Shown: piece by piece, positions 9,868 through 19,903 of the stretch | How the letters are laid out: each line of letters opens with the position of its first letter | Position numbering within the stretch: position 1 is the stretch's first letter | Assembly: GCA_016778895.1 (NCBI GenBank) | Contig: JADHOR010000005.1 | Location: forward strand, 33,636 to 97,635 | Length of the DNA: 64,000 nt | Reading direction: 5' to 3' | Source of the DNA: Candidatus Puniceispirillum sp. | GTDB lineage: Bacteria; Pseudomonadota; Alphaproteobacteria; Puniceispirillales; Puniceispirillaceae | Translations under genes and position numbers: made by a program | Notes under the pieces: model-generated | Told to the model about the DNA's origin: nothing | What the model saw: only the letters and a program-made list of their open reading frames with translations | Databases searched by the model: none

Positions 9868-11070
9868 ATGACAGTAACACCAAAATCAAATTTGCTAAGA
9901 CAGCGCGGCGGCAAAGTGCCAACGATTGTACAGATCCTGCCAGCGATGGTTCGTGGCGGGGTCGAACGCGGCACGGTTGAAACGGCGGATGCCATTCGAA
10001 GACATGGTGGTCGTGCGGTTGTGGTGTCGTGCGGGGGGCCTATGGTGCGCTATCTTGATCGGCTTGGTGTCACGCACCACCGGCTTGACGTGCATAGCAA
10101 AAATCCGTTTCGCTGGCTGCAGATCCGCCGTCAGTTGAAGGCTATTCTCGTCAGTGAGGGAGCGGATCTAGTGCATGTGCGCTCACGCGTGCCAGCGTGG
10201 GTTGCACTGCCTGCCGCTACTGCTCTCGGGATAGGCACGATCAGCACCGTGCATGGGCGCTTTGTCACCAAATCTGCGTTTAAACGGTTCTACAATGCGA
10301 AATTGCTGAAAACCGATCATGTGATTGCGATTTCAAATTATGTAAAGGAGCTAATCGCCAGCCAGTATGTCGGCGTCGACGAGCGTTTAACGGTGGTGCA
10401 TCGCGGCGTTGATACAGATCTGTTTAATCCTGAAAAGGTAAACCAGACAAGGATTATTAATTTTGTCGACAGCATGGCAATTCCCGAAGATGCCCCAGTG
10501 ATCATGTTGCCGGCCCGTGCCACCGCATGGAAAGGTCACCAGATTTTATTGCAGGCACTGGCAAAAATCAAAGACCAGCCATTTATCTGTTTGATGGTTG
10601 GCGCTGGTGACGGCAAGCCAGCCTTTGTGTCCGAACTGGTGCGTTTTGGTCAGCAATTGGGGCTGGAGGGCCGGTTCCGCCTGACGCCGATTGTTGATGA
10701 TATGCCTGCCGCGCTTATGGTTGCGGATGTGGTCGTGATGCCGTCGATTACCCCTGAACCGTTTGGCCGTGTCGCCCTCGAGGCGCAGGCAATGGGGCGG
10801 CCGGTTGTGGCCTTCGAACATGGTGGTGCCATCGAGTCAATCAAGCATGGTGAGACCGGTTGGCTGGCAATTCCACGGGATGTTAATAGTCTTGCCGCTG
10901 CAGTGAAGGCGGCGCTTGACCTCAGCCCGCGCAAACGTAAATCTCTTGCCAACGCCGCGCGCCAGCATATTGAGGCGCATTTCTCCACTGAGACCATGTG
11001 TCGGGAAACGATGAAAATTTATCGGCGTGTGCTGGATCAGAATGCGGTAAAGCAGGGCGAAAAACGATAG
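9868..11070 (+). CDS. Glycosyltransferase family 4 (GT-B fold)
   Basis: 400 aa with the GT4 C-terminal signature EPFGRVALEAQAMGRPVVAFEHGGAIESI. Confidence 0.85.
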   Translation: MTVTPKSNLLRQRGGKVPTIVQILPAMVRGGVERGTVETADAIRRHGGRAVVVSCGGPMVRYLDRLGVTHHRLDVHSKNPFRWLQIRRQLKAILVSEGADLVHVRSRVPAWVALPAATALGIGTISTVHGRFVTKSAFKRFYNAKLLKTDHVIAISNYVKELIASQYVGVDERLTVVHRGVDTDLFNPEKVNQTRIINFVDSMAIPEDAPVIMLPARATAWKGHQILLQALAKIKDQPFICLMVGAGDGKPAFVSELVRFGQQLGLEGRFRLTPIVDDMPAALMVADVVVMPSITPEPFGRVALEAQAMGRPVVAFEHGGAIESIKHGETGWLAIPRDVNSLAAAVKAALDLSPRKRKSLANAARQHIEAHFSTETMCRETMKIYRRVLDQNAVKQGEKR

Positions 11071-11343
11071 ATAAGGCAAACAACCACCGTCCAGTATCGA
11101 CAGCAACAAATGTGATTTTGGTGGTTTGAGCCGATCCGTTGCAATCGCTGCCGTGCAGGGTTCTGATGCGGCATATGATTTGCACCGGACAGCTGACACC
11201 AAAGGTCTGATGCCCAAAGTTTTGCATGGTAAAGCACCAGTGTACTTGAGTTTCGGCGAGGGTGAGGCTATGTTCGGCGCGGCGCGCAGTGATGCGGTTC
11301 CAACATCATTGGCCGCATTGATAACAAGAGGTTTCGAACAATA

Positions 11344-13266
11344 ATGCCAAAAATTACGCTTCCCGATGGATCGCAGCGGTCATATGACGCGCCGGTAACA
11401 CCTGCAACGATTGCGGCCGATATTGGTCCGGGCCTAGCCAAGGCAGCATTGCTGGCGGTTGTTGATGATGCCGAGTGGGATCTAACTCGCCCGATTGAAA
11501 CGGACTCGCGGCTTTCGCTGGTCACGCTAAAGGACGAGCAGGCGCTAGCATTGTTGCGCCATGATTGCGCTCATGTAATGGCCGAGGCGGTGCTAGAATT
11601 GTTTCCCGAAACACAAGTAACCATCGGTCCAGCAATCGAAAACGGATTTTACTATGACTTCCACCGCGAGACCGCCTTTAGCGAGGATGATCTGGCCGCT
11701 ATTGAAACGCGCATGCATGAAATTGTTGATCGTGATGAGCCGATTATCCGCAATGTCTGGAGCCGCGATGAGGCGGTCGCCTTCTACAAGAAAAACAATG
11801 AGCCGTTCAAGGTTGAACTTGTCGAGGCCATTCCTGCGGATGAAACCGTTACCTTTTATCAGCAAGGAAATTTTATCGATCTTTGCCGGGGGCCACATCT
11901 ACCCTCAACCCGAAAGCTGGGTCATGCGTTCAAATTGATGAAAGTCGCCGGGGCCTATTGGCGGGGCGACTCCAAGCGGCCGATGTTACAACGTATCTAC
12001 GGCACCGCATGGGCAAATGAAAAGGATCTCGTAGCCTATCTTCATATGCTGGAAGAAGCTGAAAAACGTGACCACCGCAAATTAGGTCGGCAGCTCGGCC
12101 TGTTCCATTTGCAGGAAGAGGCGGCAGGTTCCGTGTTCTGGCACGCCAAGGGCTGGGTGCTTTACCGCGAAATAGAGGCCTATGTTCGCCGCCGTCTTAA
12201 CGCGGCTGGCTATGGCGAAGTTAAAACGCCACAATTGGTCGACCGCAGTCTATGGGAGGCGTCGGGTCACTGGGAAAAATTTGGCGAGAATATGTTTACC
12301 GCGCAATCAGAAGATGAGCGTACATTGGCGTTAAAGCCGATGAATTGTCCGTGCCATGTACAGATTTTCCGGCAGGGTATTAAATCCTACCGTGATCTGC
12401 CATTGCGGATGGCCGAATTTGGGTCTTGTCATCGTAATGAGCCGTCAGGAGCGCTGCATGGTATTATGCGGGTGCGTGCCTTTACCCAGGATGATGCGCA
12501 TATTTTCTGTACCGAAGATCAGATTACTGCTGAATCGGTGAAATTCTGTTCGCTTCTGCAATCCATCTATGCTGATTTCGGCTTTACCGATGTGCGGGTG
12601 AAGTTTTCTGACCGCCCGGAAGTGCGTGCGGGTGATGATGCCACATGGGACCGTGCTGAGGCAGCTCTGACCGATGCCACCAAGGCGGCCAAGCTGGACA
12701 CAATATTAAATCCGGGAGAGGGTGCGTTTTATGGCCCGAAACTGGAATTTGTGCTGCGTGACGCAATCGGGCGTGACTGGCAATGCGGTACTTTGCAGGT
12801 GGATTTTGTGCTGCCGGATCGGCTGAATGCCGAATATGTTGGCGAAGATGGCAACCGGCATCGTCCGGTGATGCTGCATCGCGCGATTCTGGGATCAATG
12901 GAACGCTGGATTGGCATTTTGATCGAGCAATATGCTGGCCGGATGCCGGCATGGCTGGCACCGGTGCAAATTGTCGTGGCCTCGATTACCGATCAGGCCA
13001 ATGATTATGCCCGTGAGGTTGCCGATGTAGCAGCGGCGATGGGGCTGCGGGTTGAAACCGACCTTAGAAATGAAAAGATCAGCTATAAGGTACGCGAACA
13101 TAGCGTTATGAAAGTGCCGTTTATTCTGGCGGTTGGCGGGCGTGAAGCCGAGGCAAAAACTGTCGCGCTTCGCCGTCTTGGCTCGAATGATCAGCAGGTC
13201 ATTGATATGGCTGAGGCACTGACACTGCTGAAAGCCGAAAGTCTGGCCCCGGATATGCCCCGCTAG
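11344..13266 (+). CDS. thrS: Threonine--tRNA ligase
   Basis: 640 aa. N-terminal TGS and editing region, class II catalytic core ([27 protein letters not shown]) and a C-terminal anticodon-binding domain. Confidence 0.97.
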   Translation: MPKITLPDGSQRSYDAPVTPATIAADIGPGLAKAALLAVVDDAEWDLTRPIETDSRLSLVTLKDEQALALLRHDCAHVMAEAVLELFPETQVTIGPAIENGFYYDFHRETAFSEDDLAAIETRMHEIVDRDEPIIRNVWSRDEAVAFYKKNNEPFKVELVEAIPADETVTFYQQGNFIDLCRGPHLPSTRKLGHAFKLMKVAGAYWRGDSKRPMLQRIYGTAWANEKDLVAYLHMLEEAEKRDHRKLGRQLGLFHLQEEAAGSVFWHAKGWVLYREIEAYVRRRLNAAGYGEVKTPQLVDRSLWEASGHWEKFGENMFTAQSEDERTLALKPMNCPCHVQIFRQGIKSYRDLPLRMAEFGSCHRNEPSGALHGIMRVRAFTQDDAHIFCTEDQITAESVKFCSLLQSIYADFGFTDVRVKFSDRPEVRAGDDATWDRAEAALTDATKAAKLDTILNPGEGAFYGPKLEFVLRDAIGRDWQCGTLQVDFVLPDRLNAEYVGEDGNRHRPVMLHRAILGSMERWIGILIEQYAGRMPAWLAPVQIVVASITDQANDYAREVADVAAAMGLRVETDLRNEKISYKVREHSVMKVPFILAVGGREAEAKTVALRRLGSNDQQVIDMAEALTLLKAESLAPDMPR

Positions 13267-13444
13267 GTATCTAGCCATTGAGAGCTGTAACAGCGATAAA
13301 TCACCAGTGATGATAATTGAATGTTGAGAAAATCGAAAAAACTGGTAACAATCCGCTGTTTTTGGTAGTTAAGTAGCATTCGCAGTCTGTCCGGTGGATG
13401 GGTTGCACCAAACTGAGCAAAATACACCGCTATAGGAGAGTTAA

Positions 13445-13981
13445 ATAGCACGTCCACATAGTAATACGCCGCCCACTCTGGACGGCCCGCGCGTCAATGG
13501 CGCCATTCGCGCACCAAAAGTACGCTGCATTGATCCAGAAGGTAACCAGCTTGGAGTTCTGGATACAACCGAAGCAATTCGTCAAGCCGAAGATTTTGGA
13601 CTTGATCTGGTTGAGGTGCAACCGAATGTTGACCCGCCAGTTTGTAAAATACTTGATTACGGTAAATTCAAGTATGAGGCGCAGAAACGCGCCAATGAAG
13701 CCCGCAAAAAACAAAAGATCATCGAGGTCAAGGAAATCAAGCTTCGCCCGAATATTGACGAGCATGATTATCAGGTCAAAATGCGGAGCGTTCAGAAATT
13801 CCTTAGTGGCGGCGATAAAGTCAAGGTAACCTTGCGTTTTCGCGGCCGGGAAATGGCTCATCAGGACCTTGGTGCGGTTGTGTTAACACGGGTTCGCAAC
13901 GAAACTGACGAATTTGCCAAGGTTGAGGCGATGCCGAAAATGGAAGGTCGCCAGATGATTATGGTTCTGGCGCCAAAGTAA
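13445..13981 (+). CDS. infC: Translation initiation factor IF-3, with a non-canonical ATA start
   Basis: The ORF track shows only the part from the internal ATG at 13616. The same frame is open back to a TAA at 13442-13444. Codon 13445 is ATA, with GGAG at 13435-13438 six nt upstream. The upstream translation (I)[57 protein letters not shown] matches the IF-3 N-domain. Confidence 0.9.
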   Translation: MARPHSNTPPTLDGPRVNGAIRAPKVRCIDPEGNQLGVLDTTEAIRQAEDFGLDLVEVQPNVDPPVCKILDYGKFKYEAQKRANEARKKQKIIEVKEIKLRPNIDEHDYQVKMRSVQKFLSGGDKVKVTLRFRGREMAHQDLGAVVLTRVRNETDEFAKVEAMPKMEGRQMIMVLAPK

Positions 13982-14260
13982 TCGCCAATGGCCATTTTGA
14001 GAGTGGCTATTTATTGACCTTAATCTAACCATCACCTATAGGTCGGTATCTACCGACGGACATGTGCCGATTAACATTTGCGTCACAGTGGGATCAGGGC
14101 TTGATTCCGGTGGGCTTTGACTATATAAACCGGTCATCAGAAGTCTTGCGTCGCGTCCGGGCCTGAAAAAACAGGGCATGCCCGGCCGGCTTATCGCTTT
14201 TTCATGTCTATCCAGGGATGGGCAGGAAAAGAGCTTCCTTTTAAGAAGAAAGAGGTCAAA

Positions 14261-14458
14261 ATGCCCAAGATGAAGACCAAAAGTGGTGCGAAAAAACGAT
14301 TTCGCCTAACCGCAAATGGCAAGGTTCGTGGCTCAGCTGCTTTCCTCAGCCATAACCTACGTCGCCGTTCCCAGAAAATGAAACGTCAAGCTCGTGGTAC
14401 CATGATCTTGTGTGATGCCGATGCGCGCATTGTAAAACGTTTCCTTCCATACGCTTAA
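14261..14458 (+). CDS. rpmI: 50S ribosomal protein L35
   Basis: [22 protein letters not shown]... is a typical L35. The start is ATG 14261, with AAGAGG upstream. The ORF-track start at 14204 is an upstream extension. Confidence 0.95.
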   Translation: MPKMKTKSGAKKRFRLTANGKVRGSAAFLSHNLRRRSQKMKRQARGTMILCDADARIVKRFLPYA

Positions 14459-14471
14459 CGGAGGCTGGAAC

Positions 14472-14825
14472 ATGGCACGCGTTAAAAGAGGTACCACGAC
14501 CCACGCCCGGCACGCCAAGGTAATCAAGGCGGCAAAAGGCTATTACGGACGTCGCAAAAATACATTCAGAACCGCCACCCAAGCCGTCGACAAGGCACGT
14601 CAATATGCATATCGCGACCGGCGTGTGCGCAAGCGGGAGTTCCGCGCCGTGTGGATTCAGCGGATCAACGCCGCTGCACGCTTATATGGTGTCACATATT
14701 CACAAATGATGGGCGGGTTGATCAAAGCTGGTATCGAGATTGATCGCAAGATGCTCGCCGATCTGGCAGTGAACGAACCACGCGCATTTGAGGCCCTGGT
14801 GGAGCGGTCAAAAGCGGCAAGCTAG
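14472..14825 (+). CDS. rplT: 50S ribosomal protein L20
   Basis: [30 protein letters not shown]... is a typical L20, and it follows rpmI by 13 nt. Confidence 0.97.
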   Translation: MARVKRGTTTHARHAKVIKAAKGYYGRRKNTFRTATQAVDKARQYAYRDRRVRKREFRAVWIQRINAAARLYGVTYSQMMGGLIKAGIEIDRKMLADLAVNEPRAFEALVERSKAAS

Positions 14826-14852
14826 GGATCATCCCAAAAATCGAGACGACAG

Positions 14853-14943
14853 ATGAGCCGTTGTGTTGACCGGTGTCAGAAAAAATGATTGGTTTTGACC
14901 ATGATTAATCTGGCGACTGTGATCACAGCGGCTCATTTTTTTT
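14853..14943 (+). terminator. Long-stem hairpin plus T8 tract between rplT and pheS (terminator or attenuator-like)
   Basis: ATGAGCCGTTGTG (14853-14865) pairs over 13 bp, one of them G-U, with CACAGCGGCTCAT (14924-14936). A T run follows at 14936-14943. The 58-nt interior contains a competing palindrome, CTGTGATCACAG (14917-14928). Confidence 0.5.
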
Positions 14944-14992
14944 AAAGCTGACTTCCTGTTCCGAACGACATGATGACCAATGGTGACACATA

Positions 14993-16078
14993 ATGCAAAG
15001 CCTTGACACTGTATCCTCAGAAATTATTGACGCCATCGGTGGCGCAGATAATCTTGATGAGCTGGAGGCAATCCGGATTGATGCGCTTGGCAAAAAGGGC
15101 CGGATTTCACTACTGATGCGGGATCTTGGCGGATTGGATGCCGACGCTCGCAAAAAGGCCGGACAGGCGCTTAACAAGGTCAAGGATATGGTCGCCGCAG
15201 CGATAGAGGCGAAACAGACGACATTGGCCTCGGCCGCGCTGAATGAAAGGCTGGCAGCAGAGCGGGTTGACGTCAGCTTGCCAAGCCGGCCAGAATACGA
15301 GGCCCGCCTTCACCCATTATCGCGGACAATCGAAGAGGTGATCGCAATCTTTGCCGAAATGGGGTTTCAGGTCGCCGAAGGCCCAGATATAGAGTCCGAT
15401 TATTATAATTTTACCGCGCTTAATATTCCGCCTGAACACCCCGCCCGTCAGGAGCATGACACATTTTATCTGCCGGCAGATGCCGATGGCAAACGCAAGG
15501 TGCTGCGCACACATACATCGCCTGTGCAAATCCGCACGATGGAGGCAAATGAGCCGCCAATCCGCATCATTGTGCCGGGCCGCACCTACCGGTCCGACCA
15601 TGACGCTACCCATTCGCCGATGTTTCACCAATGCGAAGGTCTGGTGATCGGTGATGGTGTTCATATGGGGCATTTGAAGGGCTGTCTAATTGATTTTTGT
15701 CGGGCTTTCTTTGGCGTTGATGATTTGCCGGTGCGGTTCCGGCCAAGCTATTTCCCATTCACTGAACCATCGGCCGAAGTCGATATCGGCTGCACCCGCG
15801 AAAATGGTGCGTTAAAGATCGGTGCTGGCGATGACTGGCTGGAAATTCTGGGGTCGGGCATGGTCAACCCGCGGGTATTGGAAAATTGTGGGTATGATCC
15901 GGAAAAATATCAGGGCTTTGCCTTTGGTATGGGGATCGAGCGGATTGCCATGTTAAAATATGGCATTCCTGATTTGCGAACATTCTATGACAGCGATTTG
16001 CGCTGGATGCGCCATTACGGCTTTTTGTCATTCGATGCACCGTCAATTCATGCTGGTCTTGCTGGGGGGGCGGTCTGA
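14993..16078 (+). CDS. pheS: Phenylalanine--tRNA ligase alpha subunit
   Basis: 361 aa with class II motifs (FPFTEPSAEVD, GFAFGMGIERIAMLKYGI). Confidence 0.97.
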   Translation: MQSLDTVSSEIIDAIGGADNLDELEAIRIDALGKKGRISLLMRDLGGLDADARKKAGQALNKVKDMVAAAIEAKQTTLASAALNERLAAERVDVSLPSRPEYEARLHPLSRTIEEVIAIFAEMGFQVAEGPDIESDYYNFTALNIPPEHPARQEHDTFYLPADADGKRKVLRTHTSPVQIRTMEANEPPIRIIVPGRTYRSDHDATHSPMFHQCEGLVIGDGVHMGHLKGCLIDFCRAFFGVDDLPVRFRPSYFPFTEPSAEVDIGCTRENGALKIGAGDDWLEILGSGMVNPRVLENCGYDPEKYQGFAFGMGIERIAMLKYGIPDLRTFYDSDLRWMRHYGFLSFDAPSIHAGLAGGAV

Positions 16079-18483
16079 TGAAATTCACCCGTGACTGGCT
16101 TTTCTCGCATCTCGAAACCGACCGCCCGTTAGCTGAGATTCTGGACGTTTTGCCCACGCTAGGGCTGGAGGTTGAATCAGTTGTCGACCGCGCTCAGACA
16201 TTGGCGCCGTTCATTATTGCCGAGGTGATTTCGGCGGAACAGCATCCAAATGCTGATAAACTGCGCGTTTGCATGGTTAATATTGGCCAGGATGCGCCGG
16301 TTCAGGTGGTCTGCGGTGCGCCAAATGCGCGGGCCGGAATGAAAGGGGTGTTTGCGCCGGTTGGGGCCTATGTGCCGGGCATTGATCTAACCCTGAAAAC
16401 AGGCGAGATTCGCGGCGAGCTATCAAATGGAATGTTATGCTCCGAGCGCGAAATGCAGCTGTCCGACGAGCATGACGGCATTATCGACCTTGCCGCTGAT
16501 GCGCCGGTTGGCGAGGCCTTTGCCGCCTATGCCGGCCTTGATGATCCGGTCATTGAAATTGCAATTACGCCGAACCGCGCTGATTGTCTTGGGGTTCGCG
16601 GCGTTGCGCGTGATCTGGCGGCAGCGGGTTACGGTAGGCTAAAAGCACTTGATACCAGCCCGCTGCAAGGAAGTTTTGAAAGTCCGATATCATGGGAACT
16701 GAACCTAAAACCGGAACAGGCGCATCTTTGCCCGCTTGTTTCAGGGCGTGCCTTTACCGGCCTTAGAAATGGTGCCAGCCCCGTATGGATGGCAAACCGC
16801 TTAACCGCAATTGGACAGCGCCCGATTAGCGCCCTGGTCGACATCACTAACTATATCATGATTGATCTTGGCCGCCCGCTACATGCCTATGATATTGACA
16901 AGATTGAAGGTGGCAAATTGATAATTGGCCCGGCCAAGGCGGGGCAAACCATGACGGCGCTGAATGAAAAGACCTATGAGCTTGATGAAGACATGCTTGT
17001 GATTGGCGATTTGAATGGGCCGGATGATCTTGCCGGAATCATGGGTGGCGAGCGCTCGGGGGTCAGCGATGCCACCGATAAGATGTTTCTTGAGATTGCC
17101 GTCTTTGATCAGGTTGCGGTTGCAGCCACAGGTCGCAAGCTGAACATCCATTCAGACGCACGTTTTCGCTTTGAGCGCGGTCTTGATGTGACCTCGCCGG
17201 AATGGGCATCAGGGTATGTTGCTCGCATGGTTCTTGAAATCTGCGGCGGACAGGCAAGCCATGTCGTGACCGCTGGCGACGGTGCGAAATGGCAGCGTGA
17301 GATTTTTCTTGCGGTGGATAAGGTCGAGCGTTTGACCGGAATGCAGGTGCTACCTGCCCGTCAGCAGGCAATTCTCGAAAGCCTTGGCTTTACAGTTCGT
17401 GACGCTGCCAGTGGATGGCAGGTTAGCCCGCCACCATGGCGCGGTGATATAGATGGTGCGGCTGATCTGGTTGAAGAGATTAGCCGTATATTCGGGTTTG
17501 GTCATTTGCCTATGACGCACCTGCCCCGCGAGAACGTGGTTGCTCAGCCTGCTGTCAATGCGGAACAGGCGCGCCCGTTACGGTTGCGTCGTGCGTTGGC
17601 TGAACGTGGCTTAACCGAGGCGGTTACCTTTTCGTTTCTCGCGGAAAAAGAAGCAGCCATTTTTGGCGGTGGTGGTGCCAGTCTGAAACTGGTTAATCCG
17701 ATCAGTGCAGATTTGTCGATAATGCGGCCGTCTGTTTTGCCAAACCTCTTGTCAGCTGCGGCGCGTAATCAGGATCGCGGCGAAGCTGATGTTGCACTGT
17801 TTGAAATCGGCCCAATTTTTCTTGGCGATGAGCCTGATCAGCAACGCACTGCTGTCGCGGCAATCCGCCATGGGGCGATGGCACCACGTGAATGGCATGG
17901 CAGCCGTCGGATGGTTGATTTATTTGATGCTAAAGCAGATGCCGAGGTGACACTGGCGGTTCTTGGCGTGCGGCGTGCCAGTCTTCAGGTTGAAGCAGGT
18001 GGCCCCGATTATTTTCATCCGGGTCGCTCTGGCCGGTTGTTGCAGGGCCGTACCCTACTTGCACAATTTGGTGAATTCCATCCGCAAATTGCCGCGCATT
18101 TTGGTTTGCGGAGTGCCCTTGTTGGCTTTGAATTATATCTGGAAGATGTACCGCTTGCCAAATCAAAAGGACCAGCACGCGCCTATCTAAAAATGTCACC
18201 ATTCCAGCCGGTCAGCCGTGATTTTGCCTTCATCCTTGCTGAAGATGTGGCCGCAAGCCAGCTGCTTCGCGCGGTGAAATCGGCGGCCGGGCCATTGGTA
18301 AGTGATGTTCAGCTGTTCGATGTCTATCAGGGCAAGAATATTGCCGACGGTCAAAAATCGCTGGCAGTCACGATCACATTGACGCCGCAAAAGGCAACTT
18401 TGAGTGAGGCTGAAATCGACGCGATGAGTGATGCTGTGATTGCCGCTGCCAGCAAAAACTGCGGTGCTGTGCTTCGTGGATAA
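16078..18483 (+). CDS. pheT: Phenylalanine--tRNA ligase beta subunit
   Basis: 801 aa with an N-terminal tRNA-binding domain and B3/4, B5 and C-terminal FDX-ACB-type regions. Its ATG overlaps the pheS stop (ATGA). Confidence 0.97.
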   Translation: MKFTRDWLFSHLETDRPLAEILDVLPTLGLEVESVVDRAQTLAPFIIAEVISAEQHPNADKLRVCMVNIGQDAPVQVVCGAPNARAGMKGVFAPVGAYVPGIDLTLKTGEIRGELSNGMLCSEREMQLSDEHDGIIDLAADAPVGEAFAAYAGLDDPVIEIAITPNRADCLGVRGVARDLAAAGYGRLKALDTSPLQGSFESPISWELNLKPEQAHLCPLVSGRAFTGLRNGASPVWMANRLTAIGQRPISALVDITNYIMIDLGRPLHAYDIDKIEGGKLIIGPAKAGQTMTALNEKTYELDEDMLVIGDLNGPDDLAGIMGGERSGVSDATDKMFLEIAVFDQVAVAATGRKLNIHSDARFRFERGLDVTSPEWASGYVARMVLEICGGQASHVVTAGDGAKWQREIFLAVDKVERLTGMQVLPARQQAILESLGFTVRDAASGWQVSPPPWRGDIDGAADLVEEISRIFGFGHLPMTHLPRENVVAQPAVNAEQARPLRLRRALAERGLTEAVTFSFLAEKEAAIFGGGGASLKLVNPISADLSIMRPSVLPNLLSAAARNQDRGEADVALFEIGPIFLGDEPDQQRTAVAAIRHGAMAPREWHGSRRMVDLFDAKADAEVTLAVLGVRRASLQVEAGGPDYFHPGRSGRLLQGRTLLAQFGEFHPQIAAHFGLRSALVGFELYLEDVPLAKSKGPARAYLKMSPFQPVSRDFAFILAEDVAASQLLRAVKSAAGPLVSDVQLFDVYQGKNIADGQKSLAVTITLTPQKATLSEAEIDAMSDAVIAAASKNCGAVLRG

Positions 18484-18637
18484 TTTGGCTTTATGCTGAA
18501 GAGGATAGTCTCTTGTTTCCTGAGTTCCTGTGAACAAAATATGGTGTAGTCTATGAGTGGGTGTCTAATGTTTGCACAACATTTTTAGAAGTATCATTGT
18601 CAAATTTTCTATTTAGTTGTTTTGAAAGGGCAAGCAT

Positions 18638-19525
18638 TTGGCGAAAATTGGATTTGTGGGCCTGGGGCAAATGGGAAGTGCAATGTGCCCTCACCTTATA
18701 AAAAATGGTCACCAAGTTACGGTCTATGACGTTTCGCAAGAAGCTGTATCTGCCCTTGAGAAGCAAGGTGCAAAAGGTGCGAAATCTCCAAAAGAGGCCG
18801 CACAAGGCTGCGAGGCGGTTTTTGCTATTTTGCCGATTGGTGCAATAGTAGAGAAGGCTGTTCTCGGCCCAGATGGAATCGCGGATGGAATGTCCAATAA
18901 TGCAATATTTGTTGATATGAGCACGATTCTGCCAGACGAAACTCGTCAGATTGGCAAACGCCTTGCTGATCGGGGGTTCTCTATGGTTGATGCTCCTGTC
19001 GGTAGAACATCAGCGCACGCAGTCAATGGGAAATCAACTTTTATGGTTGGAGGCCAAAAACAAGATATTGATCGTGTGGTGCCATTCCTAGAATGCATGG
19101 GGGAGGCCATAACGTACTGTGGTGAACTAGGTTAAGGTTCTGTTGTAAAATTAGTGAATAACTATATTTCAGCTGTATCTAACCTAGTTACGGCAGAAGG
19201 GTTAGCGCTAGGCCTGAAGTCGGGCGTTAGTCAAGATGTAATGGTGGAAGTGATCTCTAAGACTCCGGCAGGCCTTGGGCACATCACCACGGCTTGGCCA
19301 GGAAAGGCATTATGTGATAATCCCTTGCCGGCTTTTATGTTAGATCTGGCGCGTAAGGACATTGGTCTCGCTCTGACAGCTGGAGCATCCTCGAAAGTGC
19401 CGTTATCCACAGGTTCTGTTGCCCGTGAGGTTTACAATATTGCAAGTGCAGCGGGCCGTGGGGAGGAGGATTGGACAACAGGAATTTACAGAACTGTAAA
19501 AAGCCTCTCAAAAATAACAGAATAG
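18638..19525 (+). pseudogene. HIBADH-family (beta-hydroxyacid dehydrogenase) gene interrupted by one in-frame TAA
   Basis: ORFs 18638-19135 and 19154-19525 are in the same frame. Reading through gives ...ITYCGELG*GSVVKLVNNYISAV, so the TAA at 19133-19135 sits inside the conserved G-x-G-xxx-K-L-x-N-N motif. The intact paralog at 28324 has GPVGCGLKAKLVNNY at that position. The N-terminus GFVGLGQMGSAM is the Rossmann motif. Confidence 0.75.
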
Positions 19526-19769
19526 TGATTTTTGATCAAAAGGCTGGAAATTGATCCAAAAGGAATAAAAGAAACTTTTTCTTTTCACTCAAATGAAACT
19601 TCTAGCACACGGGTTAAAGTCATTTTGACCTCAAGGAATATTTAAGCCCTTTATGTTATGGGCCCTGACTCTGCGGCTGGTTGGGGTAAATACTTCATGA
19701 CCAACCAGTTCTCAGAAGATAAACCTCAATTAACTTCAATGCTTTTCGTGCATATAGTCCGCCGATGTT

Positions 19770-19795
19770 AGGCCCTCAAAATAAGGGCCTTTTTC
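19770..19795 (+). terminator. Candidate rho-independent terminator
   Basis: AGGCCC (19770-19775), a 9-nt loop and GGGCCT (19785-19790), followed by TTTTT. It lies in the non-coding gap between the two pseudogenes. Confidence 0.4.
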
Positions 19796-19903
19796 CGCCA
19801 AAATTGTTGAAATACGTTTCACGCCGGTTTTGAGCCCGTTAAAAGTGCCAGACTGTATGGTCTGCAAAGTTATTTCTGGGCAGGTATTGCTGGGCAATGT
19901 TAG

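Noticed and set aside
13982-14260. Possible L20-binding regulatory leader between infC and rpmI
   Set aside because: Small hairpins are present (for example GTCGGT-ATCT-ACCGAC). I cannot recognise the E. coli pseudoknot or the Bacillus L20-leader consensus by eye, so I make no call.
14866-14923. Search for a Phe-rich leader peptide (pheM-like) upstream of pheS
   Set aside because: The only mini-ORFs are MSRCVDRCQKK and MIGFDHD, which have no or one Phe codon. A classical Phe attenuation leader is therefore not supported.
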